Assembly: GCA_023133415.1 (NCBI GenBank)
Contig: JAGLWM010000002.1
Span: forward strand, 24,081 to 88,080
Length of the DNA: 64,000 bases
Direction: 5' to 3'
Source: Candidatus Pacearchaeota archaeon
GTDB lineage: Archaea > Nanobdellota > Nanobdellia > Pacearchaeales > GW2011-AR1
Shown here: one piece after another, positions 29,664-38,896 of the stretch
How positions within the stretch are numbered: the stretch's first letter is position 1
Layout of the letters: each line of letters opens with the position of its first letter
Notes under the pieces: model-generated
The model's input: only the letters and a program-made list of their open reading frames with translations
What the model was told of the DNA's origin: nothing
Databases searched by the model: none
Made by a program: the position numbers and the translations under genes

Positions 29664-31832
29664 TTAATTAATTTTATTTAAATGGAAAGCATTTTTAATT
29701 TCTTCCTCTTGTCTCTTCAAAAATTCTTTAAAATCTTCTCTCAAGCTTGTAAAATCTTCATTACGATTACTAGTTTTTTCGAAAGTATTTTGATCAATTA
29801 TAAATGTTGGACTAAACTGTACAACCCTATTTTTAGTCTTAACCTCATAGCCAATATTTTTAACCTCTTTAGTGAAAACTTCATAATCTGATTTAAGAAT
29901 TTTTTTTATTTCATTAGGTTTAGGCTTATAGGCGATAATTACTGTTGTTGCAACACCTGTTTCTCCAAAGGTGTTTCCAGGCAGATCAAATAGTGCCACA
30001 ATTCGCATTCGGTTGATTATCCATCTTCGGATATTTTTCCATTCTTTTATGGAAGCAATTGAATTAGATAGAACAATCCCCATTCTTCCGCCTTCTTCAA
30101 GTAATTTGTAAGAATTTTCTAAAAATAATACTCCCATATCCATAGACTTCGGTAAATTGCCTGGCTTCCCATCTTTCTTCTTATCTGGTTTTTCTTTATA
30201 TGTTTGATAAAGTTCAATTGTTTCTTTTGGTAAATCCCATTTCCCTTTAGCTCCTGTTTTTAAATCCCTACCCTTACCAAATGGAGGGTTGGTTGCAATA
30301 ACTTTATATTTTTTAATCTCAATATTATTATCACTTAAATTCTCCCAAGTTTCTGGATTAAAATTTTTAGTAGTAAAATATCCTGCTTTCATAATTTTTC
30401 CATTTTCTAATAATTTTTGAGAGAGGGAATCCATTTGTTCAAGAGTTGCTCCTCCATCTCCATTTAGCACCAAGTTTAGTTCTGCAAGTTTTAAGTTACT
30501 GCCCTCTATATCAAAACCATAGAAATGGCTTGCATTATCTGGAAAATCCTTCTCTTTCCTATAAGAATGTCTAAATGCCATCGCTGGGAAATCTGCGATT
30601 CCACAACAGGGATCACAAAGTTCTTCTCCAGGAATAGGATTTAATAATTTGATTATATTTTGCACGACAGGAATAGGGGTAAAAAATTGTCCCTTGTCAG
30701 CTTTTTGTTTTTCATCCCCGAAATTATTAAAAATAATTTGATTAAAACTCTCGCTTTTAGCTTTTAAGATTGCTCTTTGTTGAAACGCTTCAATTAATGC
30801 TATTAAGAATTTTTCATCGTTTGAGTCACTAGATTTAAAATCCTTACTATAATTAAATGAGGGTTTAGATAAAACATTTCCATATTCCCTTTTTGCATCT
30901 TTATATAGTTGATTTATTCTTTCCTTAAAACTTTTCTCTGCTAATCCATCAACTCTTTTTTCTGAAGGTAAAATATAGAATTGTAAATTAGACTTATTTT
31001 TTATACTTCTTTTTTCATCAAAGACTTTCAATGTTAAAAACTCTACTATTAAACTTCTCACAGGACTCTTTGGTTTAATTTTATCATTTTCTCTTTTTAA
31101 AACATGCATCAAGTCTGTAAAGGTACTTTCATCAATAACATCTAAGGAGTCAAATTTTAATTTTGCCAGATTAGAAATACTCTCATTGTTCTCAATAAAG
31201 TCTTTCTGGCAAGGTAGATTAATCAACAAATCTCTATTTTGGATATTTATATCATGTAGCCCTTCCTCTTGCAATTCTCTGTCCTCATAGAATCTTCGCA
31301 AATCAGAATTACCCAACTTTTTTAATATAATTACTTCTTCCTTGTCATCAAAATAAATACCAAAAATCCTATCTTTTGAGGTATTCTTTTCCATCATTGA
31401 GTGCAATTGATTCTCTATAACTGATTGAACATTATCCCCTTGCTTTTTTTTAGCCTCAAAAACAACCAACATCATTTTATTCATTTCTCTGAAATCTTTG
31501 TTTTGTTTTGCTTTTTCATAAGTCTTTAACCATTCTTTCTCTTTGAACACTACTATATCTGCCCTAAGTGGAGTCTTTGTATTTCCTTTTGGCTGGCTAA
31601 ATTCTACACAGATATATTCCTTGTTATATGTCCCAGAATTAACCATGCTCCAAGTCATTCTTGCCCGAAACCATTCTTCAGAAAAATTTCCTTTAGCGTC
31701 TTTTGTTTTTGCCTTTGAGCAAAATGCACTAATATTAAGTTCTTTTTCGTACCAATCTTTATCAATTAAATCTAGTTTTGAATACTTTGACTCAAACTTT
31801 CTAAAATAATCCTGGAATTTTTCATCACTCAT
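29664..31832 (-). CDS. Fused restriction endonuclease / N6-adenine methyltransferase (type I-like/IIB-IIG RM)
   Basis: N-terminal RADIVVF...FEAKK PD-(D/E)XK; GQFFTP, DPCCG, TNPPFG; likely start MSDEKF. Confidence 0.85.
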   Translation of the reverse strand: MSDEKFQDYFRKFESKYSKLDLIDKDWYEKELNISAFCSKAKTKDAKGNFSEEWFRARMTWSMVNSGTYNKEYICVEFSQPKGNTKTPLRADIVVFKEKEWLKTYEKAKQNKDFREMNKMMLVVFEAKKKQGDNVQSVIENQLHSMMEKNTSKDRIFGIYFDDKEEVIILKKLGNSDLRRFYEDRELQEEGLHDINIQNRDLLINLPCQKDFIENNESISNLAKLKFDSLDVIDESTFTDLMHVLKRENDKIKPKSPVRSLIVEFLTLKVFDEKRSIKNKSNLQFYILPSEKRVDGLAEKSFKERINQLYKDAKREYGNVLSKPSFNYSKDFKSSDSNDEKFLIALIEAFQQRAILKAKSESFNQIIFNNFGDEKQKADKGQFFTPIPVVQNIIKLLNPIPGEELCDPCCGIADFPAMAFRHSYRKEKDFPDNASHFYGFDIEGSNLKLAELNLVLNGDGGATLEQMDSLSQKLLENGKIMKAGYFTTKNFNPETWENLSDNNIEIKKYKVIATNPPFGKGRDLKTGAKGKWDLPKETIELYQTYKEKPDKKKDGKPGNLPKSMDMGVLFLENSYKLLEEGGRMGIVLSNSIASIKEWKNIRRWIINRMRIVALFDLPGNTFGETGVATTVIIAYKPKPNEIKKILKSDYEVFTKEVKNIGYEVKTKNRVVQFSPTFIIDQNTFEKTSNRNEDFTSLREDFKEFLKRQEEEIKNAFHLNKIN

Positions 31833-31998
31833 CTTCTTCCTCCCAGCAAACATAAACTTTTTTCCCAGCTAAATTCTCAGGTAAATATATTTTAGATGCA
31901 GAATTGCCATTTTTGCTTGGAGCTTTCTCTAAACATCTATTAAAATTAATTTTCTTAAGAACAATTTCACCTTTTATAATTTTTATTTCGCTTTCCAT
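31825..31998 (-). CDS. DUF2080-like transposon-associated small protein (not in the ORF track)
   Basis: Hand translation MESEIKIIKGEIVLKKINFNRCLEKAPSKNGNSASKIYLPENLAGKKVYVCWEEEDE; GNSA.IYLP....GKKVYV motif. Confidence 0.65.
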   Translation of the reverse strand: MESEIKIIKGEIVLKKINFNRCLEKAPSKNGNSASKIYLPENLAGKKVYVCWEEEDE

Positions 31999-32045
31999 TG
32001 TAGCTACTAATAGCTTTTAATAGCTACCAACCTTTATAAACATTG

Positions 32046-32067
32046 TTCAGGTACCGAAACATTTATA
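32046..32067 (+). promoter_or_regulatory. Operator plus TATA-box copy identical to that upstream of the transposase
   Basis: TTCAGGTACCGAAACATTTATA identical at 26850-26871 and 32046-32067. Confidence 0.75.
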
Positions 32068-32090
32068 AGTTTAAACTACAATAAGTAGCC

Positions 32091-32600
32091 ATGATAAACA
32101 AAGTAAGAAAAATAGCAGAAGATGTCTTTAGCTCACTTGGAAGCGGATATGCCGAAGAGGTCTACGAGAAAGCAATGGAAGTAGGTTTGAGGCTGGAAAA
32201 GATTCCTTACGAAAACCAAAGAGTTCTACCAGTATTTTACAAAAACTTCGCTGTGGGTATGTCTAAGCCTGATTTAATAATCAAAGATACCGAAGGAGGA
32301 GAAAAAATTATTTTAGAACTTAAAGCCACACCATCCGCAACTGGAATGAAAGAAGAGGTTCAATTACAGAAATATCTTCAAACTCTAAAAATGAAAAAAG
32401 GAATTATTATTAATTTCCCTCAAACTAACAAAGATGGTCCAGGTGCAGAGATTGAATTTAAGGAAGTTAGCGATGAGTTAAATAAGTGTGATAAATGTGG
32501 AAAAATTCTTTGTCATGGAGCTGAGTGTGAAACATGTGTTAAGGAAGAAGCTAAAAGATTGAAGGAAGCTGAGAAGAAAGAGAAGGCTGTGGATGAATGA
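32091..32600 (+). CDS. GxxExxY protein (PD-(D/E)XK-like) with C-terminal Cys cluster
   Basis: LGSGYAEEVYE, PDLII, ILELKA, QLQKYL, GIIINF; CDKC...CETC tail. Confidence 0.88.
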   Translation: MINKVRKIAEDVFSSLGSGYAEEVYEKAMEVGLRLEKIPYENQRVLPVFYKNFAVGMSKPDLIIKDTEGGEKIILELKATPSATGMKEEVQLQKYLQTLKMKKGIIINFPQTNKDGPGAEIEFKEVSDELNKCDKCGKILCHGAECETCVKEEAKRLKEAEKKEKAVDE

Positions 32601-32920
32601 ATCAAGTGGACGAATTTTATGGAATTGTTAGAATAATTTTCCTCGTACTAGGTGGTATTCTTATAGGGTTTCTTCTTTGGCACCCTAGTCAGAATGATTA
32701 TGTTAGTAAAATAGATTATAATTTACTTTATCAAGATTATCAAGAATTACAGCAAGAAAATCAAGAGATAAAAGAGGATATTGGAAAGTTATTGATTGAA
32801 TATTATGGGAAACCTATCGTGTGGGATATTATTGGAATTACTAAATATAAAAAAGGTTTGTGTGCTTTAAAAATAGTATTAAAGGAAGAGATTCCATTAA
32901 TAAATAAGTTACCTTGTTAA
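32597..32920 (+). CDS. Hypothetical membrane protein with coiled coil
   Basis: N-terminal TM; ATGA overlap with GxxExxY gene. Confidence 0.6.
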   Translation: MNQVDEFYGIVRIIFLVLGGILIGFLLWHPSQNDYVSKIDYNLLYQDYQELQQENQEIKEDIGKLLIEYYGKPIVWDIIGITKYKKGLCALKIVLKEEIPLINKLPC

Positions 32921-32923
32921 AGA

Positions 32924-33208
32924 ATGAGTATAAATTTAATTGTCTTAGGATTAAGTCTTGATTTTTTCGGAGTTGCTATATTAATATTAGTAACTCTCTT
33001 TGGAACTTGGCATCAAAAAGTTCACACAGCAAAGTGGAGCAAAAAATATTATTGGGAGGGGAGAATATTTGATTTTAGAAAATTTCCTCCAAGATTGAGG
33101 AAAGTTTTGAAATATGGATTCATTCCTCCTAAGCATATGTGGAATTCAGTCGGCTTCTTATTAATTGGTTTAGGCTTCTTGCTTCAAATAATAGGAAATC
33201 TTAGATAA
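32924..33208 (+). CDS. Hypothetical two-TM protein
   Basis: Two hydrophobic helices; ends just before the right-end repeats. Confidence 0.6.
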   Translation: MSINLIVLGLSLDFFGVAILILVTLFGTWHQKVHTAKWSKKYYWEGRIFDFRKFPPRLRKVLKYGFIPPKHMWNSVGFLLIGLGFLLQIIGNLR

Positions 33209-33300
33209 GTTTCTGTGTATAAAGTAAGCTCTTATTTAGACTTTATACACAAAGCTGAGCAGGAAGATAATTTTATAAAGATTGGACTGTTTAAAACGAT

Positions 33301-33699
33301 ATGATTAAGTTTAGAGATGATAGTCCTAATGCTCGGGCGAAGGAGCTTGAGGGCAAGGTGGAGAGTCTTCTTGCTGATAATAAATGGAAGGAAGGTCAGA
33401 GAATTATGAAGGTAGCTATAAAGACTGCTGAGAGGGGGGATTCTCTTGTTTATGTTAGAGAGTTGAAAGACAAGTATGACTCGATTAAATCAAGTAAAAA
33501 TCCTTATACTGGGGGATTTAGGGATATTCGGTATTTGTTGTTTGGGGTTTTTGTTGTTGGTCTTTTATTTTTGTTTAATAGCATTACTGGCAATGTTGTT
33601 GGTGGCTTAGGGAGAGATAGTGTAGGTTTGGTTGGTTTTATTCTGATGGGTTTGTGTGTCGGTGGGTATTTTTTAGTTAAAAAGGGTAACGGCTTTTGA
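33301..33699 (+). CDS. Hypothetical membrane protein (ITGNVVG motif)
   Basis: Two C-terminal TMs flanking SITGNVVG. Confidence 0.6.
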   Translation: MIKFRDDSPNARAKELEGKVESLLADNKWKEGQRIMKVAIKTAERGDSLVYVRELKDKYDSIKSSKNPYTGGFRDIRYLLFGVFVVGLLFLFNSITGNVVGGLGRDSVGLVGFILMGLCVGGYFLVKKGNGF

Positions 33700-33786
33700 T
33701 TGATATTTTTATTGGAGTTGTTTTTTTATTTTGGGAGGTGGAGGAAAGTTTAAGAGTATTGTTATTTTGATTTTAGTGAGGTGATT

Positions 33787-35952
33787 ATGGTTAGTACTGA
33801 AGATATTTTGAAGAAGTATGGGTCGAAGATAGAGAGGCAGATGAGGGGATATGATGCTTCGAGTGGGAAGCGGAGTTTTAGTAAGAGTTATGAAAAGTTT
33901 CGGGTTTCGATGTTACCAGAGTTTTCACGGTATGAGAGGTGGTGTAAGTCGATGGGGAATTTGTTTGCTATTAAGGTTGGGGAGAAAGATAAGAGGAGGA
34001 TTGACCGGGCGATTGAGATTGCGCATTTGAATGTTTCTACTAGTGAGGTTGTTGTTTTCTCTACGATGTTGTTATTTTTGACTTTGTTTGGGGGAATTTT
34101 GTTATTTACTGCAATTTGGTTATTAACTGGAGTTTTTTCTTTTATGTTTTTATTTTTTATTTTTATTTTTTCAATTTTTTCATTTTTCTATTCATCGAAG
34201 GCTCCGGAGAGATTGGCGGTGAAGTGGCGGCTGAAGGCTTCGAGTCAGATGGTTCCGGCGATTTTGTATATTGTGATTTATATGAAGCATACGAGTAATT
34301 TTGAGAAGGCTGTGGCTTTTGCGGCTGAGCATTTGCAACCACCATTGAGTTTGGATTTTAAGAAGATTTTTTGGGATGTTGAAGTTGGGAAGTTTTCGAC
34401 CATTAAAGATTCGGTTGATAATTATTTGCTCGGTTGGAGGGATTATAGTTTGGAGTTTATTGGAGCGTTTCATTTGATTGAGTCAAGTTTGTATGAGCCA
34501 AGTGAGGATCGGAGAGTGCAGGTTTTGGAGAAGAGTTTGCAGGTTATTCTGGATGGTGTTTATGATAAGATGTTGAAATATACGCATGATGCGAAGGCGC
34601 CGCTGACGAATGTTTATATGTTAGGGATTGTTTTGCCGACGCTGGCTTTGGCTATTTTACCGCTTGCTTCGACGATGCTTGGGGGCGCGATTGCTTGGTA
34701 TCATGTGTTTTTGATTTTTAATGTGTTGGTGCCGTTTATGGTAATTTATATGACGAATGATGTTATGATGAGGAGGCCTGGTGGCTATGGGGAGTCTAGT
34801 TTGCTTGAGAGGAATCCACTTTATTCGAAGTATAAGAGTAGCGTTGGATATTGGAAAGGGTTTTTTTGTGCGTTGCCTTTCTTTTTGATTGGGCTGATTC
34901 CTTTTTTGTGGAGATATACTGATGCGCCACTTTTGATTGGGACGACGCGGGATTATTCTTGGTCGCAATTGGGTTTGGGTTTTTTGGGGGGTGGTGGAGT
35001 TTTTGGAATTTTGACTGATTCTGCTGGGAACTTATCTGGGCCTTTTGGTTCGGGTGCTTTGCTTTTGAGTTTGGGGATTCCGGCTGCTGTTGCCATTGTT
35101 TTTATTGTTGCGTTTAGAGAGAAGACAGAGGAGATTTTGGTTACGAGAAATAAGTATAAGGAAGTTGAGAGCGAGTTTACGTCGTCGCTATTTCAGTTGG
35201 GAAATAGAATTGGGGATGGGTCGCCTGCGGAAATTGCTTTTTTGAAGGTTTCGAGTTCTGTTAAGGGAACTGCGACTGAGGGGTTTTTTAGGATAGTGAA
35301 TGAGAATATTGGGCAGTTGGGGATGAGTTTGGAGAGGGCTCTTTTTGATCCGAAGAGGGGCGCGGTTGTTTTTTATCCTTCGCAGTTGATTGCTACTTCG
35401 ATGAAGATTTTGGTTGAGTCGGTGAAGAAGGGGTTGCAGGTTGCGGCGCGGAGCTTGATGTCGATTAGTGATTATGTTAAAAATATCAAGAAGATTAATG
35501 ATAGGTTGAATGATTTGTTGGCGGATATTATTTCGGACATGAAGTCGAATATGACTTTTTTGGCGCCGTTGTTGTCTGGGATTATTGTTGGGTTGGCTGG
35601 AATGATTACGACGATTCTTGGAACTCTGCATGAGATGTTTTCTTCTGGCGTTTTGACTGGGGAGGGGATTTTAGCCGCTGGAGGTGTTGCTGGAATTTTA
35701 TCGATTTTTGATGTGACGAAGATGATTCCGACTTATTGGTTGCAGATTGCCGTTGGGATTTATTTGATTGAGGTTGTTTTTATTTTGACGTCGACTCTTG
35801 TTACAATTAAGAGTGGGAGGGATCCTTTGCAGGCGACGGCGGAGACTGGGAAAAATTTGAAGGTTTCGATGATTCTATATTTGGTTGTTGCGATGGGGAG
35901 TATAATAGGTTTGACTGTTATTGGGGCTGTTGCTTTGGCTGGGCTTACTTAG
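33787..35952 (+). CDS. Type II/IV secretion platform membrane protein (ArlJ/FlaJ/TadC-like)
   Basis: Multi-TM with two T2SS-F-like cytoplasmic domains (LFQLGNRIGDG.PAE.AF); partner of the ATPase at 22935. Confidence 0.8.
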   Translation: MVSTEDILKKYGSKIERQMRGYDASSGKRSFSKSYEKFRVSMLPEFSRYERWCKSMGNLFAIKVGEKDKRRIDRAIEIAHLNVSTSEVVVFSTMLLFLTLFGGILLFTAIWLLTGVFSFMFLFFIFIFSIFSFFYSSKAPERLAVKWRLKASSQMVPAILYIVIYMKHTSNFEKAVAFAAEHLQPPLSLDFKKIFWDVEVGKFSTIKDSVDNYLLGWRDYSLEFIGAFHLIESSLYEPSEDRRVQVLEKSLQVILDGVYDKMLKYTHDAKAPLTNVYMLGIVLPTLALAILPLASTMLGGAIAWYHVFLIFNVLVPFMVIYMTNDVMMRRPGGYGESSLLERNPLYSKYKSSVGYWKGFFCALPFFLIGLIPFLWRYTDAPLLIGTTRDYSWSQLGLGFLGGGGVFGILTDSAGNLSGPFGSGALLLSLGIPAAVAIVFIVAFREKTEEILVTRNKYKEVESEFTSSLFQLGNRIGDGSPAEIAFLKVSSSVKGTATEGFFRIVNENIGQLGMSLERALFDPKRGAVVFYPSQLIATSMKILVESVKKGLQVAARSLMSISDYVKNIKKINDRLNDLLADIISDMKSNMTFLAPLLSGIIVGLAGMITTILGTLHEMFSSGVLTGEGILAAGGVAGILSIFDVTKMIPTYWLQIAVGIYLIEVVFILTSTLVTIKSGRDPLQATAETGKNLKVSMILYLVVAMGSIIGLTVIGAVALAGLT

Positions 35953-36019
35953 GCAATGGTTGGATAGGCAATGGTTGGATAGGCAATGGTTGGATAGGCA
36001 ATGGTTGGATAGGCAATGG
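35950..36019 (+). repeat. 15-bp tandem repeat TAGGCAATGGTTGGA x4.7 starting at the stop codon
   Basis: Directly visible; followed by hairpin GCGCTC-TGTG-GAGCGC. Confidence 0.95.
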
Positions 36020-36092
36020 GCTTGTTGCGCTCTGTGGAGCGCGACTTGTTTGGCTTGGAAGGTTCTATATTGTTGATTATTGTTGAATTTTG

Positions 36093-36461
36093 ATGGTGAG
36101 GGATTTTCGGGATTTGGACGTTTGGAAGAGGGCGTTTTTGTTTGGTAAGGAAATTTATAAGGTGACTTCTGGGTTTCCAAAAAGTGAAGTTTATGGGTTA
36201 ACTTCGCAGCTGAGAAGGGCGGCGGTCAGTATTTCGTCTAATATTGCTGAAGGATGCGGAAGGAGGACAAGTAAGGACTTTGTTTCGTTTTTACATAATG
36301 CGATGGGGAGTATTCGGGAGGTTGAAAATCAGGTTATGCTGGCTGGTGAGGTTGGGTATTTGGAGAAAGTGAAGGCTGAGGAGTTGGTGAAGGAATTGAA
36401 TAATATGGGGAGAATGTTGAATAGGTTTATTGGGCATGTTTCTGGATTGGAGATAGAATAA
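36093..36461 (+). CDS. Four-helix-bundle protein (23S rRNA IVS protein / Avd-like family)
   Basis: FRDLDVWKRA...FPKSEVYGLTSQLRRAAVSISSNIAEGCGR...F..FL..A.GS..E. Confidence 0.93.
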   Translation: MVRDFRDLDVWKRAFLFGKEIYKVTSGFPKSEVYGLTSQLRRAAVSISSNIAEGCGRRTSKDFVSFLHNAMGSIREVENQVMLAGEVGYLEKVKAEELVKELNNMGRMLNRFIGHVSGLEIE

Positions 36462-36499
36462 GAAAGTTTTATAAATAAAAGAGTTGTGGTTGTTTTAAG

Positions 36500-36850
36500 A
36501 TGGTGAATAAGAAGGGGCAGCAGATGACGCTTGGGACGATTATCGCGATTGTTTTGGGGATTGCTGTTTTGGTGTTTTTGATTTTTGGATTTTCGACTGG
36601 ATGGACTAATTTGTGGGATAGGATTACGGCTTTTGGTGGGGGTGAAGCAAATGTCGATACAATCGTTCAGGCTTGTGCTTTGAAGTGTGCGACGCAAGAT
36701 GTATATGGGTTTTGTATTGCGAATCAGACTTTGAAAATTGGAAAGGGTGAGGATGATATTAAGGAATCTTGTAATATTTTGGCGACTAATGACAAGTATA
36801 AGAAGTATGGGATTAAGAGTTGTCCTGGGATTGCTTGCCCTGGGCCCTAA
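36500..36850 (+). CDS. Type IV pilin-like protein (class III signal peptide)
   Basis: MVNKKG/QQMTLGTIIAIVLGIAVLVFL. Confidence 0.8.
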   Translation: MVNKKGQQMTLGTIIAIVLGIAVLVFLIFGFSTGWTNLWDRITAFGGGEANVDTIVQACALKCATQDVYGFCIANQTLKIGKGEDDIKESCNILATNDKYKKYGIKSCPGIACPGP

Positions 36851-36949
36851 TTTGTTTTAGGAATCTTTATTAATTAGTTTAGTGTTTTATTCTTATGGAA
36901 ATGTAAGCTTATATAAGCTTTCGATTTCATTTTATGAAGGAAGATAAAA

Positions 36950-37087
36950 ATGGAAATGGAGGAGATTGTTAAGATTTTGATTTTTGTGGTTGTGCTGATT
37001 ATAATGATTGGGGGTTTTATTTTGCTTAGTGGTAAGGGTGGGGATTTGATTGAGGGGATTAGGAGTGCTTTGAGGTTTGGACGATGA
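36950..37087 (+). CDS. Very small pilin-like protein (not in the ORF track)
   Basis: MEMEEIVKILIFVVVLIIMIGGFILLSGKGGDLIEGIRSALRFGR. Confidence 0.55.
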   Translation: MEMEEIVKILIFVVVLIIMIGGFILLSGKGGDLIEGIRSALRFGR

Positions 37088-37124
37088 GCAAAATCGAAGA
37101 TTTTGCAGGTCGCAGGGGTGAAGA

Positions 37125-38414
37125 ATGATTTGTGAAAATAAGGTTGGGGCTGTAAATTGGACTATTGGTAAGTTATTGAATGTTGTTTTGTTGGTTATTG
37201 TTTTGGTTTTGATTATTTATGGGATAACGACTGGGGGATTAAAGCCGTTGATTGATAGTCTTGAGGTGAAGTTTGACGAGGTGCAGATTTTGTTGGGATT
37301 TAAGGAGGCTTTGTATAGTGGTTGTTATAAAACTAAAATTGTGGATTTGGGAGGAGGTGAGGAGTTTTTGGTTAGTTTGGGGATTGTTGGGCGGGATGCT
37401 GTTTTGGAGATTTGTAGAGATGGGGTGTGTAGTATTAATGAGAGTGAGATTGGTGCGTATCGTATTGTTAAGGGAGTTGTTGAGAAATTTGATGATGGGG
37501 AGTGGAGTGTGTGTGGTTTAGTATTTGGTGATAGATTAAGTTCTGTGAAATTTAATTGGGAAATGTATCATAAGGGGGTTGATGTTTTGGAGAATGCTGG
37601 TGTGAAAGATTTGTATAATAGGGGGTTTACTCGGCAGTTTATTTTGTATGGGGATGGGGATGTCTACGCGATTTGGCAGAATGGATATTGGAGAGTTACG
37701 GGGGGGGGTAAAATATCTAATGCTGAGAATTGGGTTAAAGAAGGGGAAAATTGGGTTCTTAAAGATTGGTGTGGTAAAATAATAAAAAAAGTCAAAAATT
37801 ATTATAGTGGAACTGATGATGATGAAGCTATTGATGTGTTTGCCGAAGAGGTTAGAAGGGGATATGATGATAAGGTTTATTGGCAGGAGACGATTCCAAC
37901 AAAACCTGATGTAGAATATATTAGTGGTTTCGGTCATGGAGAAATTATTGGGACGCTTGTAGGTGATATAGGGTGGTTCTTTGATAAGTTGGATGATGAT
38001 GAAGAAGTTGAAAAATTAAAGTTGGAATTTAAGAAAAGAAAAAAAATGTATTTGAACGAGGCGAGACTTTCTGATGACGATGTTAAGAGATTGGGGGATG
38101 CCATTAAGGGTAAAAAGATTAATGTTACGGGTAAAGAATTTGAAGTAGGGGCGGAAGGGACTAGAGAGTTTCCAATTGTTAGTTTTTCTGGAGATGAGAA
38201 GTTTGGGTTAAGACATAGTTTTAATGCTAAAATGAATAGTGACTTTATTCCGGGTGTTAAGTTGAGATATTTCCCAGTTAATCTCGTTAAATGGGGTGAA
38301 TCTGCGTGGAGTGATGTTGGCAATGAAGAATATTATAGATTATATGAAAGAAACTTTAAGGAGGTCTATGAGGCTACTTTGATTAGTCAGTTTTTGAGAG
38401 AGAAATGCAAATAA
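37125..38414 (+). CDS. Large minor-pilin-like protein
   Basis: NKVG/AVNWTIGKLLNVVLLVIVLVLII hydrophobic N-terminus. Confidence 0.65.
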   Translation: MICENKVGAVNWTIGKLLNVVLLVIVLVLIIYGITTGGLKPLIDSLEVKFDEVQILLGFKEALYSGCYKTKIVDLGGGEEFLVSLGIVGRDAVLEICRDGVCSINESEIGAYRIVKGVVEKFDDGEWSVCGLVFGDRLSSVKFNWEMYHKGVDVLENAGVKDLYNRGFTRQFILYGDGDVYAIWQNGYWRVTGGGKISNAENWVKEGENWVLKDWCGKIIKKVKNYYSGTDDDEAIDVFAEEVRRGYDDKVYWQETIPTKPDVEYISGFGHGEIIGTLVGDIGWFFDKLDDDEEVEKLKLEFKKRKKMYLNEARLSDDDVKRLGDAIKGKKINVTGKEFEVGAEGTREFPIVSFSGDEKFGLRHSFNAKMNSDFIPGVKLRYFPVNLVKWGESAWSDVGNEEYYRLYERNFKEVYEATLISQFLREKCK

Positions 38415-38896
38415 TAAATAAGAGAGGTGCGTTGTTGAGTGAAGGGAGTGTAAAAGTTATCATAGCGGTTGCGGTTGTTGTGGGAATGGTTTATTTATTG
38501 GTCAGTTTATTCTCTCCCGTTTTTGATGAGGCTGATGAGACGGCGAAATCTTATTTTGAGACATTGGAAAGGGCGATTGAGGATGTGGGTGGAGGAAGTA
38601 GTTTTTTTATGTTGGATAATGGGGATGATGATTTGAATTTTTATTTGGTTTATTTTGGGAATACTGTTGAGTTTAGGGAGGATGGGAAAGTGTTTACGCA
38701 TAAGAGAGGCAAGGGGGAATATGTTCTTTGTGTTTGCTCTGAAAATAAGAAGGTTGTAGTTTGTAAATATTGTGAGGAGATGAAGTTGCCTGTGAGGCTG
38801 GAGGGTGGGGGTGATGAATGGATTGTTGGAGAAGGAAAAAGAATGAGTTTATATAAAACGACGGAGGTTTATGATGTATCTGTTAAAGTTGAATAG
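38405..38896 (+). CDS. Pilin-like protein
   Basis: NKRG/ALLSEGSVKVIIAV. Confidence 0.75.
   Translation: MQIINKRGALLSEGSVKVIIAVAVVVGMVYLLVSLFSPVFDEADETAKSYFETLERAIEDVGGGSSFFMLDNGDDDLNFYLVYFGNTVEFREDGKVFTHKRGKGEYVLCVCSENKKVVVCKYCEEMKLPVRLEGGGDEWIVGEGKRMSLYKTTEVYDVSVKVE

Larger units (their letters stand above)
25381..33255. mobile_element. Complete cargo-carrying DDE transposon (~7.9 kb) with TIRs and TSD
   Basis: TIR GCTTTGTGTATAAAGT (25381-25396) / ACTTTATACACAAAGC (33240-33255); direct repeat TGAGCAGGAAG at 25370-25380 and 33256-33266; internal transposase; host strand skew lost. Confidence 0.9.

Noticed and set aside
35950-36461. Diversity-generating retroelement (Avd-like gene next to pilins)
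   Set aside because: No reverse transcriptase and no TR/VR pair differing at adenines was seen
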